Positions 1-9,008 are shown, numbered from the stretch's first letter. The stretch: 52,937 bases of DNA from Candidatus Woesearchaeota archaeon (GCA_016181305.1 JACOZN010000013.1:79691-132627); one strand, 5' to 3'. Numbers and translations are program-made. The notes: generated by a model not told the origin, from the letters alone.

Positions 1-1
1 C

Positions 2-409
2 TTTGAGCTAAAGGAAGAAGTAAAGAAAAACCTGCTTAAATCAGGCTTTCATGTCGAAGACTGCGGGGCTTATTCCTATGACAAAAATGACGACTATCCA
101 GATTTCATTGTTCCGGTAGCAAAAAAGGTTGCAAAAAATAAAAATTCCAGTGGGGTAATATTTGGCGCATCAGGGCAGGGGGAGGCAATAGCGGCAAACA
201 GGGTAAAAGGCATAAGGGCTGCGCTCTATTACGGGGGCAGCATGGAGATTGTAGAATTATCACGCACGCACAACAATGCAAACATCCTCTCGCTTGGAGC
301 AAGATTTCTGACAAAAAAAGAGGCTATGGAAGCTGTAAATATGTGGCTGAAAACAGGTTTCAGCGGCGAGGAAAGGCACGCAAGGAGAATAAAGAAGATT
401 GACCATTAA
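2..409 (+). CDS. rpiB: Ribose-5-phosphate isomerase B (5'-partial, missed by ORF track)
   Basis: Hand translation of frame 2: ...DDYPDF...GASGQGEAIAANRVKGIRAA...SRTHNNANILSLGARF...RHARRI; stop TAA at 407-409. Confidence 0.93.
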   Translation, partial: FELKEEVKKNLLKSGFHVEDCGAYSYDKNDDYPDFIVPVAKKVAKNKNSSGVIFGASGQGEAIAANRVKGIRAALYYGGSMEIVELSRTHNNANILSLGARFLTKKEAMEAVNMWLKTGFSGEERHARRIKKIDH

Positions 410-410
410 A

Positions 411-878
411 ATGCAGTTCGCAAATTATTTTTCTGCTTCCATAATATCGTTTTCAGGCCTGCTAATCGGAATAATGCTTGCAAGAATAGCTCCCGAAGAG
501 CAGAAGCCGCTGGAAAAATACTTCTTGCAGGGAAGAAAGGCTTTGCTGCTGGCTATTTTCGCCTTTTTGGCGTTTTATTACTTTAACAATTATTTCAACC
601 TTCTTGTGCTGCTGGCTTACCTCCTATTTTTATTGCTTATAGAATATAAATTGAGGGACGCGCTCAAAAAAAACATTGTTGTTTATGCGCTTCTTGGAGT
701 CCTGTTCTACCTGAGCTCAAAAAACACAAACCTTTTTGCCATTGAATCAAGCCTTATGCTGCTTTACGGCATGCCGGCAGCCTCGCTTATGTACAGCAGA
801 AAGGAAAAGAACGAGTACAGGATTGTCTTTTACAATATAGGTTTTGTTATTATGGCAAATTTATTGTATTTTATCTAG
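411..878 (+). CDS. Hypothetical multi-pass membrane protein
   Basis: Hydrophobic ORF; ATG at 411 directly follows the rpiB stop. Confidence 0.7.
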   Translation: MQFANYFSASIISFSGLLIGIMLARIAPEEQKPLEKYFLQGRKALLLAIFAFLAFYYFNNYFNLLVLLAYLLFLLLIEYKLRDALKKNIVVYALLGVLFYLSSKNTNLFAIESSLMLLYGMPAASLMYSRKEKNEYRIVFYNIGFVIMANLLYFI

Positions 879-1424
879 CTACCACTTCTCATTCCTTATT
901 TTCAGGTAAAAAGCCGTGTGATTCACTATAATGTGAAGCACAAAGCTTAAGATTACTGACACAAAAAATATTTTTAGCGTCAAGCCAAAAATAGGCATGA
1001 TAAAAATCAAAGCCCCAACCACAAAGTCAGCCTGGTCGAATGGAATGAATTTCCCGCCTGGCTTTATGCCCAGCCTTCTCTTGAAGAAGCTTTTGGCCGC
1101 ATCGCCTGTTAATGCCCCAAGCCCCATCAAAAATCCCAATAAAAGCCAGCTATTATAGTCGATAAACGAGATATTTCTGAAGAATTCATTGCTGTAAAGA
1201 AAAAACTGGATGTATGCGATGAAAACGGCAAAAATCACGCCAAAAATCAAGCCCCTGAAGGTCTTGTGGCTGCCAAGAACCGGCTCATTGCCTATTTTTT
1301 TGCCGAAATCTATCGGCGCAACAAATAAATTGATTTTTTTGACTATAACGGGAGCCATGTTTGCAAAGTATGCAGGCAGCATCAGGTAGAAGCATTTCAG
1401 CATGAAAAATATGGATTCTTGCAT
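879..1424 (-). CDS. carS: CDP-archaeol synthase (DUF46)
   Basis: AYFANMAPV, PIDFG, GSHKTFRG, GDAAKSFFKRRLG and DQADF motifs; membrane protein. Confidence 0.9.
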   Translation of the reverse strand: MQESIFFMLKCFYLMLPAYFANMAPVIVKKINLFVAPIDFGKKIGNEPVLGSHKTFRGLIFGVIFAVFIAYIQFFLYSNEFFRNISFIDYNSWLLLGFLMGLGALTGDAAKSFFKRRLGIKPGGKFIPFDQADFVVGALIFIMPIFGLTLKIFFVSVILSFVLHIIVNHTAFYLKIRNEKW

Positions 1425-1478
1425 TTGGGTGGCTTTTGTATCTGGATTTAAATAGTTTTTTATGAGTAATTATCAAAC

Positions 1479-1985
1479 TTATTTTTTCCTTGGCCACGGA
1501 AACGGCTCTTCACCTTCTTCAAGCGCAAGCGTACCATTGGATTGCATCCTGCTTACCCTTCCGTCAAGGTACTCTTTCCAGACTATGATTTTTCCATCCT
1601 TTACCTTGCCTATGATTGCATCGCTTACAGCAGTCCTGTTGCCTGTTTTTGTGCTGGTGGAAGCAAACTGCCATTCCACGGCCAAATCTTCGCCGTCAAC
1701 AATTATTTTGCTGATGTAGATTTTAGTGTCCTTGAATGTTTTGTTGTATTCAGCCAAATCCTTAAGAGTTTCCTGCTTGTTAAGCCTTCTCCCCGGATAG
1801 GCGAAAATGGCATCTTTATGCAGAACGTCATCAAGAAGCTCTAAATTGCCGGTTTCCCATGCCTTGGCATGCTTATGGACAAGCTCTTTTGCCATTAATT
1901 CATTTTTTGTGTCTATGTCCCCGCCGAATTCAATAATAAAAATAACCAATACAATTACCAAAAAAATTTTAAATAACATTCCCAT
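1479..1985 (-). CDS. NTF2/SnoaL-like domain protein with N-terminal membrane anchor
   Basis: AKAWETGNLELLDDVLHKDA...VDGEDLAVEW...DGKIIVWKEYLD pattern. Confidence 0.75.
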   Translation of the reverse strand: MGMLFKIFLVIVLVIFIIEFGGDIDTKNELMAKELVHKHAKAWETGNLELLDDVLHKDAIFAYPGRRLNKQETLKDLAEYNKTFKDTKIYISKIIVDGEDLAVEWQFASTSTKTGNRTAVSDAIIGKVKDGKIIVWKEYLDGRVSRMQSNGTLALEEGEEPFPWPRKK

Positions 1986-2029
1986 ATTTTTCAGAAAACT
2001 ATTTAAGCAATTATAAATCTTACGGCTTT

Positions 2030-3088
2030 ATGAAGTTTAAATTCAACATCCCCAACAAAATAACCATAATAAGGGTCAGCCTGATACCGTTATTTGCAAT
2101 CATACTTTTGGTGAAAATTCCGCACAAGAATATTCTTGCAGCCTTCATCTTCGGCATGCTTTCAGTCTCTGATTTTCTCGACGGCTATTTCGCAAGGAAA
2201 AAGAGGCAGGTTACAGAGTTCGGCAAGCTTATCGACCCGATTGCCGATAAATTGCTGATTTCAACAGCATTGGTTTTTCTGGTTGCGCAGGGCTATGAAG
2301 GCATTGAACTGTGGATGGCTGCTGCAATAATCGCAAGGGAGGCTATACTGACAGGCATAAGGTTTTACCTGCTTCCAAGCAAAATTGTAGTGCCTGCAAG
2401 CAATTTCGGCAAGGCAAAGACCGTGGTGCAGAGCATTGCGATTGTTTTTGTGCTGCTGGAGATTCCTTTTGCATGGTGGGCGATGCTGCTGGCGGTGCTC
2501 CTGACGCTTGTTTCAGGCTTTGAATACCTTTTCAGGATAAGGAGGATGACGGGCAACAGTATAGTAAACCTCCCAAACCTGATAACAATGGCAAGGTTTC
2601 TGCTGATTATGCCGTTCGTTTATTATTTCCTGAAGGCGGAGCTGCAGATATCACTTCTTATCTTCGGTGTGATAGCCCTGAGCGACAAGCTTGACGGCAT
2701 TTCGGCAAGGCTGATGAACCAGAAGACAGAGCTCGGGAGTGTTTTGGACTCTTTTACCGACTGGACTCTGATAATAACCACATTTGTTCTTTTGGTTATG
2801 AAAAATTATGTTGATGTTTTGTGGGTTGCTGCGCTTGTCGCTCCTTCGCTTATAAGCGGCATATTGAAGATGATCTATGCAAAAAAACTCAGGGTGGTGC
2901 CTGTAACCTTCATAGCAAGGCTGAGTGTAGGCCTGACTTATGTGGCAATAATAGCTATATGGATTGATTTCAAGTATAAATCTTATCTGATGGCTGCAAC
3001 TTTAGTTTTTGTGTATATAACGATGACGGGATATGCTGTGAAAGCTCTGGAAATTCCTAAAACTGCAAAAAAGAAGCCAGCCAACTAA
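2030..3088 (+). CDS. pgsA: Tandem double-domain CDP-alcohol phosphatidyltransferase (PgsA-like x2)
   Basis: Two intact signatures, DFLDGYFARKKRQVTEFGKLIDPIAD and DKLDGISARLMNQKTELGSVLDSFTD, each preceded by an N(I/L)PN helix. Confidence 0.88.
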   Translation: MKFKFNIPNKITIIRVSLIPLFAIILLVKIPHKNILAAFIFGMLSVSDFLDGYFARKKRQVTEFGKLIDPIADKLLISTALVFLVAQGYEGIELWMAAAIIAREAILTGIRFYLLPSKIVVPASNFGKAKTVVQSIAIVFVLLEIPFAWWAMLLAVLLTLVSGFEYLFRIRRMTGNSIVNLPNLITMARFLLIMPFVYYFLKAELQISLLIFGVIALSDKLDGISARLMNQKTELGSVLDSFTDWTLIITTFVLLVMKNYVDVLWVAALVAPSLISGILKMIYAKKLRVVPVTFIARLSVGLTYVAIIAIWIDFKYKSYLMAATLVFVYITMTGYAVKALEIPKTAKKKPAN

Positions 3089-4176
3089 GGCAATTTTTTT
3101 ATTCTTAATGAAGAAACCATTAAGATCCCCAGCACAAGGTATACATAGGGATAGAATTTTATCGGCGTGCCGAGGAAATAAGCCAATGGTATTATAATGC
3201 CGTTCAATGTTATCGGCATGCCCTGAAAAGCCCCCCTGAAGTCCATTATGTTGTATCTTGCAAGCCTCAGAATGCCGCAGAATATGAATATTGTGAACGC
3301 TATCACCCCAAACGTGACCTGCGGCTGGCTTATTTTTGAGGAAAACTGCATCAGGCTGAAGCCGAATATTGCAGGAGCAACGCCAAAAGAAACCGTGTCA
3401 GCAAGGCTGTCCAGCTCTTTGCCGAATACGCTCTGCTGCTGCATTGTCTTTGCAATTTTTCCGTCAAGATAGTCAAATGCCACAGCTATGACGAGGGTGT
3501 AGGCGGCATAATCAAAATTATTGTTGATAGAGAACACTATGCTTACAATCCCAAGCGCGGCATTCAGCAGCGTAAAGAGGTCTGCGAACTTCAAAAGCTT
3601 TGAAATCCTGAACTCATCAAGCTCTGTTTTTCTCCTTGCAAGCCTGAACTCCGACTTTACAAGGGCGTAAATGCCTGATGCAATTGTAAGCGCCAGCGCG
3701 GCAGACATCAAATACCAGTCTATCTGGGATGTAATCATCGTATAGAGCAGCGCCATCAGCTGGAAGAAGTAGCTTATCTTGCCGAGCACTGTCGGCTTGA
3801 ACTCCTTCCTTAAGCCCCTGTAAAGGAGTACGATGCCGCCGATTATTGTCAGCATGTCCCTTCCAAGTATCACAAGAGCAGCCCAAAAAGGGATGATTCC
3901 CTTGAAAGCCAATGCCATGGCTGTCAGGTTTACAAGAATCTTGTCGGCAAAAACGTCAATTATGGAGCGCATCTGCGACGGGTACCTTCTCGCCGTGAAA
4001 GTTTCAAAGAACCCAACCAGTGCAGTCAGTATGAAGATGAACAGGGCTATGTTCCTCCTGTCAGAGGCAAGAGACACTGCTACAATAAAAGCAAGCACCC
4101 ACCTGAGCCATGTAAATGCAAAGAAAATCCTTTCTTTCCTTATTCTTAATCTCATTTGCCGCTGTAACCCATACAT
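3085..4176 (-). CDS. pssA: Fusion of a degenerate PgsA-like domain and a phosphatidylserine (archaetidylserine) synthase domain
   Basis: C-terminal ADLFTLLN...DYLDGKIAK...GKELDSLADTVSFGVAPA...LRLARYN...FQGMP; N-terminal domain lacks DxxDG. Confidence 0.85.
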   Translation of the reverse strand: MYGLQRQMRLRIRKERIFFAFTWLRWVLAFIVAVSLASDRRNIALFIFILTALVGFFETFTARRYPSQMRSIIDVFADKILVNLTAMALAFKGIIPFWAALVILGRDMLTIIGGIVLLYRGLRKEFKPTVLGKISYFFQLMALLYTMITSQIDWYLMSAALALTIASGIYALVKSEFRLARRKTELDEFRISKLLKFADLFTLLNAALGIVSIVFSINNNFDYAAYTLVIAVAFDYLDGKIAKTMQQQSVFGKELDSLADTVSFGVAPAIFGFSLMQFSSKISQPQVTFGVIAFTIFIFCGILRLARYNIMDFRGAFQGMPITLNGIIIPLAYFLGTPIKFYPYVYLVLGILMVSSLRIKKLP

Positions 4177-4179
4177 TTC

Positions 4180-4800
4180 TTAATTTTTTATACCAGCAAT
4201 TATAGTTGAGCCTGCTTTCATATGCTGGCCTGTTTTGGCTTTCAAGCCAACCCATTTCGGAATAACAATTGTCGTCTGGCTTGATAACGCTATCATTCCT
4301 ATTTTACTTCCTTTATTAACTTTTTGATTGGGCTTTACATAGCATTTTATCCTTCTTGCAAGAAACCCCGCAATCTGGATGACTTTTATCCTGAGATTCC
4401 CGTTTTGGATTATGATCTCATTTTTCTCGTTCTGCAGGCTTTTTTCCAGGTCATAAGCCTTAAAGAAGCTGCCTTTTGTGTGTTTGACTGATCTTATAAC
4501 GCCTTCAATCGGAGCCCTGTTTATGTGGACATCAAAAGGCGACATGAAGATTGAGACGACATAGCATTCCTTTGCAATGTCTTTTGTCAATGTTTTTATT
4601 TTTCCAAGCAAGCCTTTTTTTACCTCTATGCTGTTTTTTGAGGTGTCTATAATGCTTATTACCCTCCCGTCTGAAGGCGCTACAATATTATAGCCTTTTG
4701 GTACGGCTCTTTTTGGGTCCCTGTAGAAGTTTAAAAGAAATAATATTAACAGCAAAGCCAGCACAATTATTGCCTTTAATATCCACCCCATAAAAATCAC
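4180..4800 (-). CDS. psd: Phosphatidylserine/archaetidylserine decarboxylase proenzyme
   Basis: FYRDPKR, APSDGRV, SIFMSPFDVHINRAP, NEKN and QIAGFLARRI motifs; adjacent to pssA. Confidence 0.9.
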   Translation of the reverse strand: MIFMGWILKAIIVLALLLILFLLNFYRDPKRAVPKGYNIVAPSDGRVISIIDTSKNSIEVKKGLLGKIKTLTKDIAKECYVVSIFMSPFDVHINRAPIEGVIRSVKHTKGSFFKAYDLEKSLQNEKNEIIIQNGNLRIKVIQIAGFLARRIKCYVKPNQKVNKGSKIGMIALSSQTTIVIPKWVGLKAKTGQHMKAGSTIIAGIKN

Positions 4801-4812
4801 AATCTAAGTTGA

Positions 4813-5019
4813 TTATTTAAATGTTTTCAAAGCTTTGTTGTTGTAAATAAGAACGGCTAATGCCGTAACAACAAGAATCATGCCTGTTATGGCATGCTTC
4901 AAATGGGCTTGCCCGCTTAAGCCTATTCTTGCGTGAAATACATGCGGCTAAAAAGCAAGAAAAAACCCGATAAAAAGCAATATAGTGCCTGAAACATCAA
5001 GAAATTCTTTAGCTTTCAT
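4813..5019 (-). pseudogene. Small two-TM membrane protein gene interrupted by an in-frame TAG (4948-4950)
   Basis: MKAKEFLDVSGTILLFIGFFLAF*PHVFHARIGLSGQAHLKHAITGMILVVTALAVLIYNNKALKTFK*; frame stays open for 44 codons after the TAG. Confidence 0.6.
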
Positions 5020-5039
5020 AAAAAAAAATAAAAAGAGCC

Positions 5040-5420
5040 TTATGCAGACTCTTTTATTCCGTAATGCACGCCAAGAGAAACTGCGCCTATTGCTATGTGC
5101 AGCCCGGATATTGCCGTGTTTATGGCAAAAAGGCTTGCCAACAAGCTGTTTGCACCCGGCACAAAGCCAAGAATGCCCACAACGCCGGAAACATAGCCAA
5201 GCCACATATTTGTCGGCTTGCCGCTTCCCTTATATGCAAACCAGACTATAGCTGCCCCTCCAACAAGGTGCAGAATGTTCTGTGCAGTGTTGACTCCGAA
5301 CAGCGCTGAGTCGGGGCTGCCAACCAGCGGATTCGGGACAAATCCCAAAATCCCAACAAGCACCAAGACTGCCCCTATAACCATCGCATAGGTTTTTTGC
5401 ACGTCTGCTATGTTAACCAC
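5040..5420 (-). CDS. DUF4383-like membrane protein
   Basis: GILGFVP...LFGVN...NILHL pattern, GTG start, four hydrophobic segments. Confidence 0.7.
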   Translation of the reverse strand: MVNIADVQKTYAMVIGAVLVLVGILGFVPNPLVGSPDSALFGVNTAQNILHLVGGAAIVWFAYKGSGKPTNMWLGYVSGVVGILGFVPGANSLLASLFAINTAISGLHIAIGAVSLGVHYGIKESA

Positions 5421-5529
5421 CTCCTTATGGTTTTCACATTCTTTAATTGGCGTGTATTTAAGCTTTTCGCCGAATTGTATGGTGCAAAATATATATCCAA
5501 AACATTTTTAAGAGTATAAAAATTCCGTA

Positions 5530-7017
5530 ATGGCTATGAAATACGCTATTTTGGACTGCTACACAGACGAGCCTGCCGGATTGGGAGTTCCCCCTTATCT
5601 TGGCACTTATCCAAGGTACATAGCAGGCTACTTGAATGAAGATGTTTATTATTTGACTATTGATGATTTAAGATTGTGGAAAAAACATAATGGGATTATT
5701 AGAGAAACTAAAACATCTCAAAAGACAGACATTACAACTTACAATCTGACAATAAATTACAAAAATATCCGTAGAATACTGGAAGAAACTGATACGCTTA
5801 TTGTCGTGCTTGGAGTTCATGTGCCAGGGAAATACCTTTCTGCTGTGCCAGGCACTTTGCATGAGATAATCCCGATGATTCAGGATTTGAAATGCAGGAA
5901 AATATTGACGGGGCCTGCTGTTTTCGGCACTCAATTGTTTGGAGGAAAATTCTTTGAGAAGGCTGATTTATCGGTTTTTGATAAAGTAAGCTACGAAATG
6001 TTTAATTTTAAGTATTCTGATGTTAAAGATTATTCAATCAAAGGAGCGCAAATAATCAGGCAAATTCCTGACATCAGGATGATAGAAATAGAGACAGGGC
6101 ACGGCTGCGACATCGGAAAATGCTCATTCTGCACAGAGCCCCTGAAAAACAAAGTTGAGTTCAGGGAGAAGGAAGATGTCTTGAATGAGATTGTCGAATT
6201 TTACAGGCTTGGCGCAAGGTATTTCAGGCTGGGGAAACAGACTTGCTTCTATACATTGCCTTATGCTGCTGAATTATTGAAAGAGGTTAACTCCAATTGC
6301 CCTGACATAAAGGTTTTGCACATTGACAATGTAAATCCTGTGAAAGTTGTTCTTGATAAGAAAAATGATTTTGCAATTACAAAGGCAATTGTGAAATACT
6401 GCACTTCTGGCAATATTGCTGCTTTTGGAGTTGAGAGCTTTGATTTGGAGGTTGTGAAGGCAAACACGCTTAATACTCCCCCTTCCATTGCTTATGAAGC
6501 GGTAAAGATATTGAACAAATACGGCGCTGAAAGAGGCTCTGACGGAATGCCGAAGTTTTTGCCTGGCGTGAATATAATTTTTGGCTTGAGAAATGAAAGC
6601 AAGAAAACACATTCGGAAAACATGAAATGGCTTTCAAGGATTTATGAGGAAGGATTGATGCTTCGCAGGATTAACATAAGGCAGGTTGCAATCTTTGAAG
6701 GCACTTCTCTCTTTAATGAAGGCAGGGACAAATTTCTTCGAAAGAACAAGAAAATGTACTGGAAATGGCGCAATGACATAAGGCAGAAGATAGACTGGCC
6801 AATGCTAGTTATTCCAAACGGAACAATCTTGACAAACTGCTATGCAGAGATTTATGACGGCAAAACCACATTCTGCAGGCAGTTTGGTACTTACCCGATA
6901 ATTGTTGGGGTGAAAGGAAGGATTCCATTAAAACAATTTTATGATTTAGAAGTTACAGGGCAGATGCTGAGGAGTGTGACGGGGAAAGTTGTGGTGGAGA
7001 GGGAAGTGGTGGTTTAG
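5530..7017 (+). CDS. Radical SAM protein (COG1031-like, C-terminal TRAM-like region)
   Basis: DCYTDEPAGLGVPPY N-terminus, ETGHGCDIGKCSFC cluster motif, RRINIRQV, RQFGTYPI. Confidence 0.85.
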   Translation: MAMKYAILDCYTDEPAGLGVPPYLGTYPRYIAGYLNEDVYYLTIDDLRLWKKHNGIIRETKTSQKTDITTYNLTINYKNIRRILEETDTLIVVLGVHVPGKYLSAVPGTLHEIIPMIQDLKCRKILTGPAVFGTQLFGGKFFEKADLSVFDKVSYEMFNFKYSDVKDYSIKGAQIIRQIPDIRMIEIETGHGCDIGKCSFCTEPLKNKVEFREKEDVLNEIVEFYRLGARYFRLGKQTCFYTLPYAAELLKEVNSNCPDIKVLHIDNVNPVKVVLDKKNDFAITKAIVKYCTSGNIAAFGVESFDLEVVKANTLNTPPSIAYEAVKILNKYGAERGSDGMPKFLPGVNIIFGLRNESKKTHSENMKWLSRIYEEGLMLRRINIRQVAIFEGTSLFNEGRDKFLRKNKKMYWKWRNDIRQKIDWPMLVIPNGTILTNCYAEIYDGKTTFCRQFGTYPIIVGVKGRIPLKQFYDLEVTGQMLRSVTGKVVVEREVVV

Positions 7018-7769
7018 TTATTTTTAATCAAAATTTTACTTATTTCTTCTTTAACTTCAGGATTTATGTTAGGTACAACACCCTTAAGAACCCTATAAGC
7101 TTGAATAGTATTAGAAAGAGCATCATTCATCTGTGTAAAACTTGGGTTAAAAGCTTCATGTTTGGTCCAATTGTCTATTAAACAAACATTTTTATCCAAT
7201 TGCTGAAGAATATTACTATTGCCTTTAAAAACGTCATGTCTAATACAGATTCCAAGAATCTTTCCAAGTCTAGCACCATCCATGTCTAATGCTATCCCCA
7301 ATTTATCTTTTAATAACAATTCAACTACAGTGTGACAACTACTAAACAAACCTTCTGCATTTCCGTCACGTGCTGATTTATTAGCTCTCTCTAGTTTTTC
7401 TTCAATTCCAAGAAAAATGTTGCCTTCCTGTATTTGCTCATCACCAGTTAAATCTATCTCTAATAAATCTAAGATATGTTCGAAAAGTTGATCAATCTTT
7501 AAAATATAAAAATCTGGGTTTATTTCTTGGTATTCAGATGTGATAGTATTATGATAATTTTTGAGAAGGTTATGCAACAAGTTAAATATAATCTCAAATT
7601 CGGAAAAAGCTCTTGTATTCCCTGTAATATTATAATACTTATTGGTTATACCTTCACCAAGATATTTATAATACAGCTTTACATGTTTTATAATCAATTC
7701 TATCTTTTTCTTTTGTTCAAAATTTTGAACGTTTCTGGAAATATTTTCTAATCTATCTAAAAATGACAT
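7014..7769 (-). CDS. AT-rich hypothetical protein with C-terminal HEPN/DUF4145/Abi-like domain
   Basis: C-terminal helical pattern SSCHTVVELLLK...LIDNWTKHE; recognised by eye only. Confidence 0.45.
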   Translation of the reverse strand: MSFLDRLENISRNVQNFEQKKKIELIIKHVKLYYKYLGEGITNKYYNITGNTRAFSEFEIIFNLLHNLLKNYHNTITSEYQEINPDFYILKIDQLFEHILDLLEIDLTGDEQIQEGNIFLGIEEKLERANKSARDGNAEGLFSSCHTVVELLLKDKLGIALDMDGARLGKILGICIRHDVFKGNSNILQQLDKNVCLIDNWTKHEAFNPSFTQMNDALSNTIQAYRVLKGVVPNINPEVKEEISKILIKNN

Positions 7770-7861
7770 ATGTGAATAGAATACCCATCCTATTTAAAAT
7801 TATTTTCCTTTTATTAAACAAAATATCTTTTAAAAAAAACTCCAAAACCTTTAAATACTCC

Positions 7862-7883
7862 TGTATTACATATGTATTACATA
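7862..7883 (+). promoter_or_regulatory. Tandem quasi-palindromic operator (TGTATTACATA x2) downstream of the TATA box of vapBC
   Basis: TGTATTACA at 7862-7870 and 7873-7881, between TTTAAATA (7850-7857) and ATG 7894. Confidence 0.65.
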
Positions 7884-7893
7884 GGTGATTGAT

Positions 7894-8157
7894 ATGCCAA
7901 CTACGAGAGTCAGGAAGTCTGGAAACAGCATTGTTTTGACCATTCCGCCGCATTATGTAAAGGAAAGAAATATAAAAGTAGGCCAGGAAGTCACTTTTGA
8001 GATTATCCCGAAAGTTGACTTGAGCAAACTTTGGGGCGCAGGCAAGCATCTAAAAATTGATGCACAAAAAGCAAAAGACGAACTTAGGAAGGAATGGGCA
8101 ATATCAGACTCAAAACTTTCCAGGCACTTTGCAAATGAAAGGAGAAATCCTAAATGA
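7894..8157 (+). CDS. vapB: AbrB/MazE-type antitoxin (VapB)
   Basis: RVRKSGNSIVLTIP...NIKVGQEV AbrB pattern; ATGA overlap with the PIN gene. Confidence 0.85.
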   Translation: MPTTRVRKSGNSIVLTIPPHYVKERNIKVGQEVTFEIIPKVDLSKLWGAGKHLKIDAQKAKDELRKEWAISDSKLSRHFANERRNPK

Positions 8158-8522
8158 AATATTTTTTCGATACTTATGCCCTAATAGAAATATTCCTGCA
8201 AAACCCTAAATATGAGAATTATACTATGAATCCGATAGAAGCCGGCACAACAGTCTTTAACATTATGGAACTTCATTTTTACTGCCTAAAGAATTTTGGA
8301 GATGAGGAAGCAGAAAAAATTTACAATCTAGTAAGTTCTTTAATAATCAGCACAGATGATGATATAATAAAAGACGCGAATAAATTCAAGCTTGCAAATA
8401 TCAAAAAAAGACTTAGTTTTACTGATTGCATAGGCTATATATCCTCAATTAAGCTAAATTTAAAATTTGTTACAGGAGATTACGCATTCAAAGGAATGGA
8501 AAATGTTGAGTTTGTAAGATAA
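8154..8522 (+). CDS. vapC: PIN-domain toxin VapC
   Basis: YFFDTYALIE, E, SFTD and VTGD acidic PIN residues. Confidence 0.9.
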   Translation: MKYFFDTYALIEIFLQNPKYENYTMNPIEAGTTVFNIMELHFYCLKNFGDEEAEKIYNLVSSLIISTDDDIIKDANKFKLANIKKRLSFTDCIGYISSIKLNLKFVTGDYAFKGMENVEFVR

Positions 8523-8625
8523 TTTCCCATCCCTAAAAAATAATTATAGTGCAATATACCTATTGGAAAAGCACTGGACATATGCGGGCAAACTATTTAA
8601 ACAAGACATTCTTCCTCTTTCTAAA

Positions 8626-9008
8626 ATGACAGAGCATGAAAAAGAATTAGCAGTATTCATGGAATAATGATGAATGGCATTTTTCTGTTATAGACATAGT
8701 TTCAGCCTTGACAGACAGCGTTGATGCAAAGGATTATTGGTACAGGCTAAAGCAAAGGGAGAAAGAGTCCTCGGGAGTTGAGTTATCGACATTTTGTCGA
8801 CAACTGAAATTAGCCTCAGCAGACGGCAAATATTATGAAACTGACTGCTGAAGGCTTTGGACAAAATAAAGCAGCTGCAAAAGAAGGCGGAGAAGTTGCA
8901 GGAAATGCCAGAAAAGACGCTGAGAAAAGGATTGGGAAATCAATAATCTCTGATGAAAACTATTTAACAGAAACGGAAAATAAGAAAAAAAGAATATCAA
9001 ACCATTAA
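8626..9008 (+). pseudogene. Bro-N (phage antirepressor-like) gene remnant with two frameshifting internal deletions
   Basis: Three frames: MTEHEKELAVF / WNNDEWHFSVIDIVSALTDS...LSTFCRQLKL...DGKYYETDC* / EGFGQNKAAAKEGGEVAGNARKDAEKRIGKSIIS...*. Confidence 0.8.

Noticed and set aside
4948-4950. Alternative genetic code or pyrrolysine
   Set aside because: TAG terminates several clearly complete genes in this window; single instance only
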